Assembly (NCBI GenBank): GCA_001464835.1
Contig: LNDS01000028.1
Coordinates: 127,252 to 191,251 of the forward strand
Length of the DNA: 64,000 bases
Direction: 5' to 3'
From: Rhizobiales bacterium Ga0077525
GTDB lineage: Bacteria > Pseudomonadota > Alphaproteobacteria > Rhizobiales > Xanthobacteraceae
Positions 62,398-64,000 of this stretch are shown here, piece by piece. Under the pieces are notes generated by a model. That model saw nothing but the letters and a program-made list of their open reading frames with translations, had not been told where the DNA came from and made no database searches. Both the position numbers and the translations under genes were made by a program. Every line of letters starts with the position of its first letter. Position 1 is the stretch's first letter.

Positions 62398-64000
62398 ATG
62401 ACCCTGCATCGCTATCGTTCACACACCTGCGGCGCGCTGCGCGAAAGCGACATCGGCAAGGACGTCCGGCTGTCCGGCTGGTGCCACCGCATCCGCGACC
62501 ATGGCGGCGTGCTGTTCATCGATCTGCGCGACCATTACGGCCTGACGCAGGTCGTCGCCGATCCCGACAGCCCGGCCTTCAAGCTGGCCGAGACGTTGCG
62601 TGCGGAATGGGTCGTCCGTATCGACGGCAAGGCGCGCAAGCGTCCCGCCGGCACCGAGAACCCCGACCTGCCGACCGGCCAGGTCGAAGTCTATATTACC
62701 GAGATCGAAGTACTTGGTCCGGCGGGCGAATTGCCGATGCCGGTGTTCGGCGAGCAGGACTACCCGGAAGACATCCGGCTTAAATACCGCTTCCTCGACC
62801 TGCGTCGTGAACACCTGCACAACAACATCATGCTCCGCGGCGCGGTGATCGATTCGCTGCGTTCGCGCATGAAGGCCGGCGGCTTCTTCGAATTCCAAAC
62901 GCCGATATTGACCGCGTCTTCGCCGGAAGGCGCGCGCGATTATCTGGTGCCGTCGCGCATTCATCCCGGCAAGTTCTACGCGCTGCCGCAAGCGCCGCAG
63001 CAGTTCAAGCAGCTCATCATGGTGGCGGGCTTCGACCGTTACTTCCAGATCGCGCCGTGTTTCCGCGACGAAGACGCACGCGCCGACCGCTCGCCGGGCG
63101 AATTCTATCAACTCGATTTGGAAATGAGCTTCGTCACCCAACAGGACGTGTTCGACGCGGTCGAGCCGGTCATTCGCGGCGTTTTCGAGGAATTCGGCAA
63201 GGGTAAAAAGGTCACACCGAAGTTTCCGATGATCCCTTACGCCGAAGCCTTGCGCAAATACGGCAGCGACAAGCCGGACCTGCGCAACCCGATCGAAATG
63301 CAGGATGTCAGCGATGCGTTCCGCGGCTCCGGCTTCAAGATTTTCGCACGCATTCTGGAAACCGAAGGGAACGCGGTCTGGGCCATTCCGGCGCCGACTG
63401 GCGGCAACCGCGCATTCGCCGATCGCATGAACTCATGGGCGCAAGGCGAAGGCCAGCCCGGCCTCGGCTACATCTTCTGGCGCGAAGGCGAAGAAAGCGG
63501 CGCGGGTCCTCTGGCCAAGAACATCGGCCCGGAGCGCACCAAGCAGATCGCCGATCAACTCAGCTTGAAAGTCGGCGATGCCTGCTTCTTCGTCGCCGGC
63601 AAGCCGAAGGACTTCGTCAAGTTCGCAGGCTCGGCGCGCACCAAGGTCGGCGAAGAGTTGAAGCTGATCGCGCAGGATCGTTTCGACCTGTGCTGGATCG
63701 TCGACTTCCCGATGTTCGAATGGAGCGACGAGGAAAAGAAGATCGATTTCTCGCACAACCCGTTCTCGATGCCGAACATGGGCGTCGAGGAATTCCTCGC
63801 GCTTGATCCGGCCGACACCGACAAGCTTCTGTCGATCAACGCGTTTCAGTACGACATCGTCTGCAACGGCACGGAGCTGTCATCGGGCGCGATCCGCAAC
63901 CATCGCCCCGAAGTGATGGAGAAGGCGTTTGGCCTGGCCGGCTACGGCAAGGAGGTGCTCGAAGCCAAGTTCGGCGGCATGCTCAACGCGTTCCGGCTCG
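62398..64000 (+). CDS. aspS: Aspartate--tRNA ligase (5' part; runs off the window, so absent from the ORF track)
   Basis: [82 protein letters not shown]. Confidence 0.96.
   Translation, partial: MTLHRYRSHTCGALRESDIGKDVRLSGWCHRIRDHGGVLFIDLRDHYGLTQVVADPDSPAFKLAETLRAEWVVRIDGKARKRPAGTENPDLPTGQVEVYITEIEVLGPAGELPMPVFGEQDYPEDIRLKYRFLDLRREHLHNNIMLRGAVIDSLRSRMKAGGFFEFQTPILTASSPEGARDYLVPSRIHPGKFYALPQAPQQFKQLIMVAGFDRYFQIAPCFRDEDARADRSPGEFYQLDLEMSFVTQQDVFDAVEPVIRGVFEEFGKGKKVTPKFPMIPYAEALRKYGSDKPDLRNPIEMQDVSDAFRGSGFKIFARILETEGNAVWAIPAPTGGNRAFADRMNSWAQGEGQPGLGYIFWREGEESGAGPLAKNIGPERTKQIADQLSLKVGDACFFVAGKPKDFVKFAGSARTKVGEELKLIAQDRFDLCWIVDFPMFEWSDEEKKIDFSHNPFSMPNMGVEEFLALDPADTDKLLSINAFQYDIVCNGTELSSGAIRNHRPEVMEKAFGLAGYGKEVLEAKFGGMLNAFRL

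Overview
High-GC alphaproteobacterial chromosome segment (Hyphomicrobiales; gene order resembles Xanthobacteraceae/Nitrobacteraceae) made up mostly of core housekeeping genes: prfC (3' end), panB, yfgM-like/der, radA-cvpA-purF, dnaB/alr, cfa, rpsF-rpsR-DUF2232-rplI, fabD-fabG-acpP-fabF-mltG-yicC-gmk, lptF-lptG-lptD-surA-pdxA-rsmA, pepA-holC, an ABC-F ATPase, ndk, purM-purN, a CDP-alcohol phosphatidyltransferase/AI-2E/hdaA/ppk1/ppx run, rnd and aspS (5' part). I saw no rRNA, tRNA, CRISPR array, integrase or transposase. Several accessory genes sit among the core genes. The most notable is a histidine kinase whose N-terminal membrane domain aligns without gaps to the ETR1 ethylene-binding domain (all seven ethylene-binding residues present), followed by a single-domain response regulator. 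Others are a two-gene module of a small PxWW membrane protein plus a stripped-down MCP with a His-rich intramembrane sensor, a collagen-like lipoprotein, a short lipoprotein in the bamB position, a small c-type cytochrome and an orphan glycosyltransferase. Non-coding signals include three different REP-like composite palindromes, an exact alphaproteobacterial LexA box upstream of radA and a (CCGG)n tract. All calls come from reading the sequence and motifs by eye; no database searches were run.
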